Shown here piece after piece: positions 11,613 to 24,140 of a DNA stretch of 64,000 nucleotides. Where the stretch lies: NCBI GenBank assembly GCA_001687465.1, contig LVLI01000241.1:1-64000 (forward strand), read 5' to 3'. The notes beneath the pieces were generated by a model. The model was given only the letters and a program-made list of their open reading frames with translations. It made no database searches and was not told the DNA's origin. Numbering within the stretch: the stretch's first letter is position 1; each line of letters begins with the position of its first letter. The DNA comes from Halocafeteria seosinensis (taxonomy: Eukaryota). The position numbers and the translations under genes were made by a program.

Positions 11613-12415
11613 ACCGGCACCGTACCGCCCAGATGTGCTCCTCTATTTATTAGGGTTTTCGAACCTTGCGACATGACGACATCATCCAGCGCAGCAACTA
11701 GGAATCATCGACTCATCGGTTGAAGTTTTTGTGCGGAATCTGGGCAGCAAGCTTCGCTGCTTCAGCATACGGTCCTAGAATACATAACCACACCGAATTG
11801 TTAAGGCGCCACTCGTCCGTCCGAGAGGATTTGGAGTAATTACGCTGCAGTCGTGTTAATGTAAGTTCCGGGTTCTCGTTAAAATGTTCGTGTGTGATTA
11901 GGAGAGGTGCTTTGCGAGCGAAAGAATCGTGGTGCACGGTTTATACGCGAGAAAGTCATTCCAACAAGGCAAAAGCCCGCGACGGAGTGACACCGCTGTC
12001 TCTCTCTTTTCTTATATACCGTCCTTGACGAGTTACCGTAATGATTGAATGTGCCGCAAATGGTGCATGGAAAGGAGTCAACCGATGTAGGAATACGACC
12101 AAAAAATATGGGGGGTTTTTCCATTTCTCTAACGCGTAGCGACCTTGAGGGGCAGGAAGGAAATTGCAAAAAAGGTATTTACGGGGAAAACAAGGGAGAG
12201 CCGCGCAGAGTCAGTGGTGTCTCTCCCGAGGGGTCTGTCTCAGGGGGGCGTCCAGGGGAGGACGACCACTGTTCTACCATCGAACTTCGAATGTTCTCCC
12301 ATGCGAACGGATCTCCTTTTCGTAATATTGCCTGGAGAAATGCCAATGTGTTGACATATGTTTGTTCTGATGTGTGCAGAGCGCATTTGGTTCCGTTGTG
12401 ACGTAGATCAATAGA

Positions 12416-13849
12416 ATGGGACGTTATCATCTTAGTATCGTGCTGGTGGGGCACGTCGACGCCGGAAAGTCGACCACCACCGGCTGTTTGTTGACTGAAT
12501 TGGGAGGTTTCGAAAAGCGAAAACTTGACAAGCTCAAAGAAGAAGCTAAGCGTCTCGGCAAGGACACTTTCTTCTACGCCTTTGTTATGGATACCTCCTC
12601 CCAGGAAAGAGAACGTGGTGTCACTATCAACTGCTCCGTCAAGGAGTTTTTCACTGGCACCGAGGAAGCTGGCTACCACTACACCGTCATTGATGCTCCG
12701 GGACATCGTGACTTCGTGAAAAACATGATTACCGGAAGTGCGCAGGCAGATGTGGGACTCGTTTTGGTACCCGCCAGTGGTTTCGAAGAAGCCATCCAGA
12801 AGGAAGATAAGAAAGCCGGAAAATCGGAGGGACAGACTCGTCAGCACGCCCATCTCTTGAAGTTGTTGGGTGTTGAACAAGTACTCGTCGGGGTAAACAA
12901 GATGGATGCCAACACTGTCAACTACGCCGAAGAACGTTTCCGCGAGATTGAAGGAGAGATGCGCTCCATGTTGAAGGCGGTCGGCTTCAAGAAAGCCGAG
13001 AACATCCCGGTCATACCCTATGCCGGTCTCCATGGTGAGAACTTGGTCAAGGAATCCGACAAGATGCCTTGGTTCAAAGGATGGGAAGCCGAAGTGAAAA
13101 AGAAAGACGCTGACGGAAAGGCCAAGAAAGAGAAGGTTTCCGGAAAGACCATCCTCGATGCTCTCAGCAACTACATTCAACCACCTGAGCGCAACAGGGA
13201 TGCTGAGATGCGCATGCCTGTGTCCTCCGTCTTCACCATCGGCGGTATCGGTGATGTTGTCACCGGTAGACTCGAACAGGGAACTTTGAAGCCCGAGACC
13301 AAGGTCAAGTTCCTCCCCTCCGGAACCAAAGGAAAGGTCTATACCATCGAAATGCATCACAAGAACCAGGAATCCGCAAGCTCCGGCGACAACGTCGGTC
13401 TTAACGTTAAGAACCTTCCCAAAGACAAGAAATTCAAACCCAAAGCTGGTGAAGTCATGGTACCTGAAGATTCCTCCATTGTCAAAGGCGATGGTTGTGT
13501 TGGCAAATTCACGGCGCAGGTGGAGGTTCTCAACCACTCCGGTGAACTGAAAGCCGGTGAAGGTGGAAAAGGTGGTTACACTCCGATCGTGTACGTCCGT
13601 CAGGCCAAGTGCCCATGCCGAATGGACGAAATAAAGTGGGGTCTCCACAAGAAGCATACCGGAGGTAACAAGGTTGAGCACCCGCCACATATCAGCAAGG
13701 GTTACCAAGCCGAAGTGGTGTTTGAACCCAAGCAGGACCTGTTCTTGGAAAAGTTCGAAAATTGCAAAGGCCTTGGCCGTATTGCCGTCATGGATTCTAA
13801 CGCTGTGGTTATGTTAGGCAAGGTTATTGATGTTGAATACAGAAGATAA
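12416..13849 (+). CDS. EFL: Elongation factor-like GTPase (EFL, the EF-1alpha paralog), divergent, no coding introns
   Basis: GHVDAGKSTTTG, ERERGVTI, KEFFT..HYTVIDAPGHRDF, NKMD. EFL-type signatures rather than canonical EF-1alpha: ELGG, KEFFT, KAGxxEGQTRQHA..L.LLGV, TGG.K.E.P, C.GLGRIA.MD.N..VMLGKV. Strong codon bias. Confidence 0.9.
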   Translation: MGRYHLSIVLVGHVDAGKSTTTGCLLTELGGFEKRKLDKLKEEAKRLGKDTFFYAFVMDTSSQERERGVTINCSVKEFFTGTEEAGYHYTVIDAPGHRDFVKNMITGSAQADVGLVLVPASGFEEAIQKEDKKAGKSEGQTRQHAHLLKLLGVEQVLVGVNKMDANTVNYAEERFREIEGEMRSMLKAVGFKKAENIPVIPYAGLHGENLVKESDKMPWFKGWEAEVKKKDADGKAKKEKVSGKTILDALSNYIQPPERNRDAEMRMPVSSVFTIGGIGDVVTGRLEQGTLKPETKVKFLPSGTKGKVYTIEMHHKNQESASSGDNVGLNVKNLPKDKKFKPKAGEVMVPEDSSIVKGDGCVGKFTAQVEVLNHSGELKAGEGGKGGYTPIVYVRQAKCPCRMDEIKWGLHKKHTGGNKVEHPPHISKGYQAEVVFEPKQDLFLEKFENCKGLGRIAVMDSNAVVMLGKVIDVEYRR

Positions 13850-14052
13850 CTTTCTGAATATAGCATCGATTCTAGCCTTAAAAATATACATAAGCGTACT
13901 TATTTTGTGGTGTTTGTATACAGTTCGTACGTTACAGTTCGATGTTGTTTATCGCGGGCCCAAAATTGCTAGACAAGGAATGATTGAGTCACGTGCTCTT
14001 AAGTGTCTGGGTGGATAACCATACGCGAAAAGGAGTTTTCTCTGTGTCCCAT

Positions 14053-15330
14053 CTATATCCTGAGGTGATCCATTATTATCGACGCCGTCGTCATAACAAC
14101 ATACGATGCCATAATGATCACTGTGTGATACATACGCCTGGAATGATCTTCCAAGACATCAGGTATCATATCCTTAACTATTACAAAGAGCATTGCTGCT
14201 CCAGCAAATCCGAGAGCGTAGGGCAAGATTGTCTTTACGAGCAACACAGCGGCCGCACCAGCTACCCCAGATATTGGCTGGACAATACCTGTAAGTTGCC
14301 CGAAAAAGAATGAACGTTTTCTGGACCAACCTAAATTTCTGAGTATGACAGCGGCCGCCATGCCTTCCGGAATATCCTGTTATTAGGCAGAGAGAAAGAA
14401 GATAATCTTCAGGCATTTAATATCAGTGTTCCGTGCAACAATACTTACTTGAAGGCCAATAGCTAGAGTTAGGCTGATAGCAGCCCCCAGCGTTTCCCCC
14501 TCTTGGTCCTCTGTTGTCTGTGCGCGCGTAGCAGCAGCAAACGCCACGCCACACGCCAAAGCCTCTGGTATATGCTGAACAGCGAGCGCGAACACCAGAA
14601 GTCGTGCCTTCCTATACGCCTCTTCGGAGTCATCAAATTCTCGCGGTACCTCCAATTGACTTCCCAGTAACTGGTTCCTTTCCACGTCGTTGTCTTCTGC
14701 AGAAAAGGTTCTTGTAGTCCTCTCCGTATGTTGCTCAGTTGCACGTGTATCTAAAGTAGTATTTGTCGCACATGCAGCAACCGCCAGGCCATCCTTGGCA
14801 TTTCCATTCGCCCTGGAGGTAAGCTCCACTCCATCTGCTTGTGACTCATGGTACGTAACTCTGCTCATATCTCCTGTGGACGGGGGCAGCCTAAGTTTAG
14901 GGGAATAGTTATACACTTGACCAACAGACGAACCTGCTTCTGTTCCATTAAAAACTCGTGTATAATAGTCTTGTGGTGGCTCCTCCTCCTCCTCCGCCTG
15001 CTGTGGTTCACCGTCGTCCGCCGGCGATTCCTCACCTCCCGGAGTGTGACCTATTCTGTTTAACGCATTATCCATCAGCCATAATACGACCGTGGCTAGT
15101 AGAAACCCAACCGCTATAGGTATCCAAGCGAGACTTTCTAAGTCTTCTGATTCATGTAGGCAGGACGATAACAATTCCGTGACCGCCGCCAGCATTAACC
15201 CGGTTGCAATCGACATTACAGTTCCATGGTGCTTTGCCGTATCCAAGCAAAACACCACTGCGGAGCCTCCGGCAGTGAGAGCATACGTGAAAATCGTGGC
15301 GATGAGCGCCTGGAGTACTGGAGACAACAT
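14053..15330 (-). CDS. ZIP family (ZIP11/GufA-like) metal transporter, 2 exons
   Basis: SPVLQALIATIFTYALTAGGSAVVF, ATGLMLAA, QHIPEALACGVAF, LAIGLQ|DIPEGMA, SFFFGQLTGIVQP, LPYALGFAGAAMLFVIVKDMIPD; one intron at ~14377-14448. Confidence 0.92.
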
Positions 15331-15698
15331 TATTCACCTCATTTACTCCTGAACAACCCAGTAACTTCTCCCCACGGCCAATCTGTTGCTCTCTCCTCAG
15401 CGTCACGTTCCCATTCACGACGCCCTCCGAGCATACGCACACGATCAATACGTTATTTCCACTAGATTCTCATCGTATAGAGCTTCTGGCGTCCATCAAA
15501 CCAGCTCTCAACGCGAGTGTAAGACGGGAATATTCAAGTGTTCGAAAAGATTGTTGCTTCGGGCACGTATGGGGTCTTGTACCAACGCGTATACGCTTTA
15601 ATATACACTGTTTTTGCATTGTTTTCGTCTATATATGAAAGAATTCAAATTGATGCATGGTGTAAGAGTTGAATCGGAAGTGGGGAAGGGCGATAATA

Positions 15699-16728
15699 AT
15701 GAAATTTAATAGAGGGAGCTCATCATTAAGCGCAGCAACACTGCTATGTGTTGCATTGTATCAGCTCCAATGCGCTCAAGCTTTCATGTTTGATGTACCT
15801 GCTTCCGGCAAGAAGGTAAGTGCCTCTTCTTCGAGACATGCATCCACAGTGTGGAAGGAGTAATGCTGTAACTTTTTTTTTGCTTTGCTCAGTGCTTCTC
15901 GGACATGCTGGATAAAGATATTTTAGTTGTTGCCAACTATGAAATACTTGGAGTTCCTCAGGACCAACCATCGCGATTTATGGTTGTTGTAAGTATCATG
16001 AATCTACGGAGAAGAGTTTGAATCGATTCGGAGTGCTTACATTTTCGATTTTTGAACCGTATCGACACAGGCAACTGATCCCGACGGTGTTGTCGAATAC
16101 TCTCGAACAGATCTATCCAAAGCTAAAATGGCATTTACAGCGTCCAAGGAAGGCATGCACACACTCTGTTTCCATAATCACGGTAGGTTTTGTTGCTGGT
16201 GCAAGACCACTTTCCTTTTTCTGGGAGGCGTTACGGTTGCATTGGAGTTGCAGGCCCTGAGCAACGACGTTGCTCCTTGGATTTCAGGACGGGTGCGGAA
16301 GCTAATGACTACGGGGAAATAGCTAGGAAAGAACATTTAAAGCCTCTAGAGGTACGAGGTTTCGGGAAAACGGACTGATGATCCATTTCTTTAACTTTAT
16401 ACCTATTGTCTGCTCTCCAGTTAGAGTTAAGGAAGTTGGAGGATCGAGCAGTAGAAGTTTTCAACGAACAGAAGCATATGAGAGAAAGAGAAAAGGAACA
16501 TCGAGATACGAATGGTAGGTGATTTCTTTTGCTTTCGTTTTGTGTGTATGGATAGAAAATTGCATTGCGCGCGTCTCGACAGAGTCTACAAACACGAGGG
16601 TGATGTTGTTTAGTTTCCTCTCTATTTTAGTAGTACTTACCCTGGGAGCCTGGCAGTTAATCCACTTGAACAACTTCTTCCAAAAGAAGAATATTGTGGG
16701 TAAGAGCAAGATATTTGGAATCTTTTGA
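15699..16728 (+). CDS. p24/emp24/GOLD cargo receptor, p24-delta (TMED10-like), multi-exon
   Basis: Signal peptide; KK|CFSD; AFTASKEGMHTLCF; GAEANDYGEIARKEHLKPLE|LELRKLED...REREKEHRDTN|ESTNTRV; TM followed by FFQKK. Confidence 0.93.
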
Positions 16729-16906
16729 TGTTGTATAGCTTCAAGTAATGAGCACAAGGTCGATCCGCCTCGACCGTGGTACCGGTGGCTATGTCCACTC
16801 ACTTTGACTTCCTTTCCGTTGGTACGCGATCAACCAAGTGAACAGAGATCCACTAGTTTATTAAGTATAAGAAGACATATTATTGGTTACATCAATTCGA
16901 GGCTTC

Positions 16907-17021
16907 TTCCTGCTAATCTCAAGTTGAATTGATTCTCAATTCCAGCTCCCTAGCAGGAAAGATTGTCGTGTCGTGCCATTCTGCGGAGTAGATGACTCTA
17001 AGATGAGGCCGTACTACAGGT
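16907..17021 (+). ncRNA. Candidate box H/ACA-like small RNA
   Basis: Hairpin with internal loop (TTCCTGCTA/TAGCAGGAA closing stem), hinge AGATTG (imperfect H box), weaker second hairpin, then ACA plus 3 nt; intergenic, with TATAA at 16866. Confidence 0.3.
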
Positions 17022-17250
17022 CCATTTGATCACAGTTTAGCTCAATATTGGGTATTTATGTTGTGTATATATATGTGTATCTCTTCTGGAAGACAGATGG
17101 GAGAATTAGCGCCTGTGAATTGAATGAACAATGGCCTCATTTTCTTCCAATGATTCACAAAGCATGAGTCCGTGGAAGTGCTGAGAGCGACTTTTATATG
17201 GTAGCCCAAGCCAAAGGTGGTTGTTCAGGAGGAGGCATCTCTGGTTGAAA

Positions 17251-20200
17251 ATGGCCGCTAATGGAGGAGGACTAGAAGAAGAGGAATTACCTTCCATCTT
17301 ATCTGTATCGGCCCCCGCAGTCTCGAAAGAGCAGAGGATAGAGCAATTAAGGAGACTCAGGCTTCGAGTGCACAAGATTCCTTTGGGAAGGAAGAAAGAT
17401 GCCCGCGGACATGCGGCTTCCGGAGGATCGACGGAGTCCAAAAATCTCTTGACGTCAGTGGACTCGGATGGACAAATGCTGTATGCGGGGTGAGTGAACC
17501 TCACAAGAAGCAGAAGGAATTGCACAGAAAAACTAGTTGCATATGTATGATCCTTGCAGATCCAACCATGGGAGCATTCACGTATACAGGCGTGCGCTTC
17601 CCCCTACGGAGAAGCAAAGCGACGCAGCTCCACCTGTCTCGTTCCATCTGATGACCATAGTATCTCCATTTCAAGATCCGAAGCCCATAAGTGTTTTACG
17701 GGTCTCTCCTGATGGTCTCTGGNTAGNAGCTGTACAAGCCGTGACGGGAAAGATAACGTGTCTCCCTACTGAAAAATTGAATAATGAGTCCAAAGCTGTG
17801 GACAAGTTCGAGGTCAGATGTACCGCTGTAAGTATGAAGTGCGGTAAATGTAGACACAATTTGCACTAGTTGACTTGTTGACCACATTCTTTGCAGCATG
17901 AACGGATTAGCCATATAGAGTGGGCTCAAGACAGCAATTTCCTCTTCATAGGATGTACCTCTGGTACTGTCTGCTGCCATCAAGCAAGTCAGCTTCCTCA
18001 AGCAACGAATTCGCTCTTTCGATCGGTGAAATCTAGGATATCAAAAGATGACACGAAAAACTGCGTCATAACGGAGCTAGGTTCCCGGGTTGTGCAATTA
18101 AAAAGCTGTGTCTTTGCGGAGATGACATCCTCCTATTCTCTGATAGTGTCAACGAAGACTACGGTGCATGTACTGCATGGCGAAGTGTCGAGCCAATCCA
18201 AAGGGTTTCAAGTGTCATCATTAGTCAAAGTTGGGACGCGGGAGAAAGAAATCCCCCTTGGTGCCTGTGCCTGGTCTAACAGCATTGTAGCAGCACGTCC
18301 AAAGAGGAAGCTATGGAATGCAGACCCGCAGACAGGAGAAGTACTGTATACTCTGAAATGTGGTGAACCAGTTGTAAGCGATTTCGCAGAGGAATCTGGT
18401 CATGGGGAAAAGATGAAGCCTCCGAAGAACTTTAGTAGCCTCACCTCTGTCCAAATCCCAAATGAGAGTATGTAGACGCTTGTGTCACTTGTTGCGCGTT
18501 GGAATCTTTTTGGATTATTGTAATGGCAATCGCAGTTGAACTGACCATCGCTGCACAACGTGACAGTCTGGGACTCCTAGACATTGACCGGAAGAGAATA
18601 AAGAGTCATGGCGGATTCTTGCACTCGTTGAACTTTAAATCCTCAATAATTGACTTTTGTATTTTCAAGCGTTGTAATGCATTCCAAGAGCTGGGGGCGC
18701 TTCTTTTGGATGATGTGGGAGTGCGTTCTGTAGGTGTCGTGCTCCTCGAACAAGTGATGGAAAATGGAAGGTCTCCAGTTAAAGGCTTACCTGCGGAAAA
18801 TGGTACTCCTATGGAAGCACTTGAGAGTCATACAGCGCCCTCTAAAATGGCTAATGACGCTAAGACAGATGAAGCGGCTAAACGGATTCAACACGCTTGT
18901 CGTGTCTTTCTGACTAGTAAAAGGACCACGGATGAAGCAGCTTCCACGATACAGCGGTTTTGGAGATCTAAAGCCCGGGAACTCGTAATAAAGGAGGAGG
19001 AGATCAGGAAGAGTGCGGCAGTGACAATCACTCGAATATACCGGGGATACCGTGGCCGAACTCTCTTGCACCGCTTGAAGGCCCAAAACAAGAAGGAGGC
19101 ACACTCAGCACTTGTAATACAGTGTGCTTTTCGGAGACATAAAGCTATGAAGGAAGCACTGGTATTACGGCAGAGGCGCGCAAACGTCTGTGCAGTTGCT
19201 TTGCAGGTTTTCTTTCGGGGTATGTTGCAACGACAACGATATATGCGAATGAAGCACCAGGAACAAGAACAGCGCAGAGAACGTTCTGCGGAAAGGATTA
19301 AGAACTTTGTGCGCATGGTTCGCGATAGAAGGAAGTTTTGTAATGCTTGGAGTAACCGATCGCGTGCAAGCACTACTATCCAAGTAGCATGGAAACGACA
19401 TCAGGCTTATTTGGAACTTCAACGATTACAGGAAGAACAAGAGGAACTACGAAGGCGGGAGTTCGAAAGCTGCATACGGATACAATGTGCTGTCCGGCAA
19501 TGTCTTGCGAAGAAACTATTGAAGCGGCTTCTTAATGATAAACGTACAGCACACAACTGGTTTGCCTTGGTTATCCAGTGTTTTTGGAGGAAGATAATGG
19601 CTCGTAAAGAACTACAGAAACGTATGGATGAGTGGAAGAAGGTAACTATTTTGCAACAAGGCACATGCTTAGCAGCAAAACTCAAGATCCGCTGGTGGTG
19701 GCTACAAGTTCGCGGTTTATCAAGTCATCCTGAGGGTATGGCCGACGAGCCCGGTATTGCACTTGAAACACACTCAGCCATACCAATTCAGAAGGTATGG
19801 AAGGGCTACCTTGAACGTAGGGCGTACAAATGGAAGAAAAAAATCGCCAGGGACACGGGGCAGATGAGTCGAATACAGCTGCCGCCTGTTCGCCCGTCGA
19901 ATGCAGTTACCAACTACACACAGTACCTCAGAGATGAGAAACGTGAGCACCTGAAACGACGTTACGTTCGACGGCTGCGGCAAAAGGTGCGTCAAACGTT
20001 TCACATGGATCCACATATGCTTCTTGGGTCGAAAGATCCGGCAAGTGGGCGAACTGGTTCAGTGGACTCAAGATGGGAACAGAACGCTAGTATCCCCGCG
20101 AGCCTCTCCCGCTCACATCACTCCGCTAAGGGCATGGATCGGCTCCGCAAATTGCACACTCAGGGATTCACTTCTCAGCTACCCACCACCTACGTGCAGC

Positions 20201-22554
20201 CGGATCGATTAAATATTCCTGCAACTTCCATTATTGCTCGCAAAGACCGGGAAAACTTACTCACCAAGAGTCGACGGTATAGTAATGTGCTTAACGAGCA
20301 ATATCGGAAACATCAGTTCTTCAAGATGGGTCAACCAAAGATTTTCCAACAGACAGAGGAAAGAGGAGGGAGAGACTCCCAGCAGATCGAAGTCGTTCCT
20401 GCACGATCGAGAAATAGCGATGTGCGCAGTTCCACAACTGGCAATCTGCAACGATACTGGGAGGACCTGTTTCCACTTGAAGAAACTCCCCCTGATTCAC
20501 TCAGTGAACTTGGCTCGGACGATAGCGAAAGAGATGAAGCACATGATAATGTATCCGGTTTATCACGTGAAAGCACTGATGCGAGTGAGGAAGAAGGAGA
20601 GAGCCTACAGACTGCACACCGTAGGAGAATGCAACTGTTTAAGCTGACGTCTCTTCACTCCTGGTTCCGTCTAGATGAACGACAGGACCTCGGCAAGCAT
20701 CAAGTATCTCCCTTTAGGGGTGAGACTCACTCTGTCGAGCGTACATTCCGTGTGCAGTTTGTAAAGCTTCTACTGAATACGGACCTTTCGTACGCACACA
20801 GTGTTGAGGGTCCGGGAAGCGATACTTCTTCATGGGTTAATTCATATCTCAAATGCTTTACCAGAGGCCACATTCCAGTTAGGTCGGTGGAACATGTAGG
20901 TGATCTCTCACTTGAAGAGTTGCTTGCGGGGCTACCAATATATGCCGTGCAAGAACCTCGTATTGCTGCGCGAAGAATAAGAGAGGTCTGCAATATCGAT
21001 TGTACGAAGTTCCTTATCCAAGCTTTGTGGCCTTTGTTGGTTTCGACGGTATGCGATATCTGTAGAGAAGAATGCGGAGTACCCGTCATTCGCTCCATCA
21101 CTGGAGAACGCCAAGTCGATCTTACGTACCCTTCCGTTGTGTATAACAACATTAGCACTAAATATCGTCTCCAGCAATTTGTAGGAAATTATATCAGCGA
21201 TTCACAGTTTTACAGTGTCGACGACAAGACTCCTGACGAGATTCTTATGATGATCTGTTGTATTGCTTCGAGTCAGCATGAGAACGAGGCAAATGAAAGC
21301 CCCTGTGATTTATATTCTCCCCTGAAGCAGACAAGAAGGCAACTTTTAGGAATGGTGAAATTGTTTGGACTATGTGCAGGAATTGAAAATTCTGGTAATT
21401 TGGAGGAGACCGAGGGCAACGCGAATGAATGCCGCGTTGTTGGACGCTGCAGTAGATGTACTATTCCGCGAGTAGCGGGTTTGATAGAGAACGTTGAACC
21501 TCAGACACAAAACGGAGTGGAGATGACAGATGAGCAGTGCTACAACTCTGGCGAAATTATTTCACCGCTGGTGCAAGTACAAAAGTGTAAAAATATTCCT
21601 CGAAGAGACTTGCGGTACCACCCGTCTGCACATAGCTCGTCGAACAGACGGGCGCCGAGGAGTTACAGCATCAAAAATAAAACGGACGTTAGCTCGACTG
21701 CCGCTGCCGAGAGTATTGAGCTAGTATTAGAAAAATTCCTGTGGATTAGCTCTTCAACAGCTGTAAAGATGCCGATATGTTCTAAAACTAGGATTGTTTT
21801 CAGCTCGTCAAACTTTTGCAAGTCGATAGCATCGCTCATTCGAACACTTCAGGGGGCCTTTCAGCGGCTGTCCACCTTTACTCTAAAGGATGTTGGCGGA
21901 TTGGAGAAGCTGTTATGGCAGAGCAGCAAGCGGTTGCTCCACTTTGAAAAGTTCCGTCTGGCTCTGATGTTGCTTGCACCGTTGTCAGCCGGGAAAACCT
22001 TAGATTACGTTCTACCTCTACTCTCAGTGGATGTCAGTGCTTTTGCTTGCCTCGTTCATATTACACACAGCAGGAGGTGTGATCCTATCCTAGCTTCACT
22101 GGTGAAGAAAATGTCCCACTTTACGTTCTTGTTTTCTATTATGGATAGTATATATCCTCGCCGGGACTCTTTGGCGCAAGTCGTACAGCTCCTCTTTCGG
22201 TTCGATCTTGACATTGACAGTGACTCAACGGTCAGAGAGCTAGTTAAACTTGGCAGCTGTATTGCAAATGAGGGTCAAGAGTACAGTGAAGCGCTAGCAT
22301 TGTACGAGAAGGTATTGGGAGTTCTATGCGAGCACTACATTAAAACGCATCATAAATCACCGAAACTATTGTCATCATTATATGATCTCAATGCTGAGTA
22401 TGCTGACACGGTCTTGTGCTACGCCATACAGGCCTCCAATTTTCGAACAAGAATGAGCTCAGAGTTGTTCAATGCAACCTTCGCCAGCAAGCGACAAGAA
22501 CTGACTCACTCCTCATCTATTCCTCAGAGATTTTCTATGGCTGAAGGCTCATGA
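17251..22554 (+). CDS. Large protein: HPS5/TECPR2-like N-terminal beta-propeller, ~10 IQ motifs, helical C-terminus
   Basis: VKVGTREKEIPLGACAW...IVAARPKRKLWNADPQTGEVLYT resembles the HPS5/TECPR2 propeller signature. IQ-like repeats include IQRFWR, ITRIYRGYRGR, IQCAFRRH, LQVFFRG, IQVAWKRH, IQCAVRQ, IQCFWRK, IQKVWKGY. Short GT-AG introns link the ORFs. Confidence 0.75.
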
Positions 22555-22614
22555 ACTAATGGGGTAATGTAAAGAAGGGGTACACGGGTGTAACCAGGGT
22601 TGTGATATCGTGTA

Positions 22615-23777
22615 TCACTCCTGCTTGGAGCCAGTGGGCAACACCTGTTTCTTCCAGGAAGTCAACTGGTTTCGAAGGCCGTCCCAGCATCGCCTACAAT
22701 CAATCCTGTTACCAAAATCCATTGCCGTATCCGTAGGAGGAGTGTCTGTTCTGTAAGTTGATCGGAGGTAGTTGCGTATTTTCTGTCCTCCGCAGACCGA
22801 GGTATTGGTCATGGGGTCATAGATAGCTGGTATTTCCCCTCCTTTACCAAAGCGTTGCTCGAAGGTATCACGACCGTAAATACCGTTATCTACGACGTAC
22901 AGGCGGTATTGGAGCTCCAGTGTGCAAAGAGTTTCCTGAACTATTCTACATTCGTGGCTGCCTTCGTTACCATAGAACTCTAGTGGCTGCGAGAGTACTC
23001 CTGACGGAGTCATCTTGAAAGACATCCACCTGTTTGTGAGCAGGTAACACGTGCAAAAACATGAATTTCATTGCTAGCTGCTCATTTGCTGTTCACTCAC
23101 GGAAGCGGCCTGGTGGCGATAGCCATATACATCAAAATGTCATTGAAGACCGAATGGCTATGTCTCACGAACCACGGCTTGTCTACCTGATCGCCGTAGT
23201 ACTCGAACAAGTAGTTGATAATTGGTTTCCCATGGTACACAGTAGCTTCGTGATTGGGGTCCACCAGGAAAGGAATGACGTCCTTTCCTCTGCACGAGAT
23301 CATCAACATTCAATTAAATCATTCGTGTCATCTAGATTCTACTACGCACTTACCCTACTTGGCTCACGGTGTCTTTAAAGCGGCTGCTTCGAACAAGGCC
23401 ACTTTCAGTTTGGCTTGAATCGGGAGGACATGGGAAGAAGATAACGTTCAAGCCCAGGTAAGATATGCACTCTCTAACTTTGGAACATTCCGGGCAACCT
23501 CTGCACATAGAAAATCAAAGAAACAGAGCAGACGATTGCTGCCCTTTATCCTACTCACTTACGTGTATTCAAACATTTCCAGGGGCAATTTAGGTCGGTT
23601 CGCGTTCTCGACATTGGCTCCCACTTTTGACCCTGCATTCCATCGAACGAACTTACTCCATCGCGCTAAGAATTTGTCGACTGCCACATCTACTTTGAGC
23701 GCAGTGGCAATGCTGAAGATGATGCGCTCTACGAACAGAGCCCAAACAGTAAAAAACTTGCTGCGATGAATAGGCAT
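22615..23777 (-). CDS. Thioredoxin-fold protein with two GST N-terminal domains (GST_N-2GST_N type), multi-exon
   Basis: RPKLPLEMFEY|..CPECSKVRECISYLGLNVIFFPCP, IPFLVDPN...IINYLFEYYG; second unit QPLEFYGNEGSHECRIVQETLCTLELQY...IPAIYDPMT...IRNYLRSTY. Confidence 0.85.
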
Positions 23778-24140
23778 CTTCGATTCTGTAGTAGCCAATG
23801 ATTCAAACTATGCGTTCTGCCGCTATACACTGTTGTACCCCGTTTCTATACGCTTGTAGCCCGTATCAAATGGGGAGTTTAACGAAAAGTTCAAAAAAAG
23901 GTTCAAATTCAGAGGGAAAAAGTCATTCAAACCACTGAATTTTATGTCAGAATGCCATCTACGTGTAGAGAGGAGATTACAATTGTACTACAGCAAAAAT
24001 GCTGAGCTAATCTGGATGCGAATGTTACAAACCATCGTCGAAAGCATTAAAAAGGGTGGCATTGAAGGGTTCCTCATGCGTTAAGCACCCTTAACTTCAA
24101 CTTATTAAGGGGCCTATCAAAGTGAATAAAGTTACCAGGT

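Noticed and set aside
12179..13708. 509-aa ORF antisense to EFL
   Set aside because: It lies on the strand opposite a strongly codon-biased gene, a known cause of stop-free shadow frames; no protein motifs of its own.
17723..17727. Ambiguous bases (n) next to TAG in an exon of the HPS5-like gene
   Set aside because: In the coding frame they read as NTA GNA, not a stop; a sequence-quality issue, not evidence of a pseudogene.
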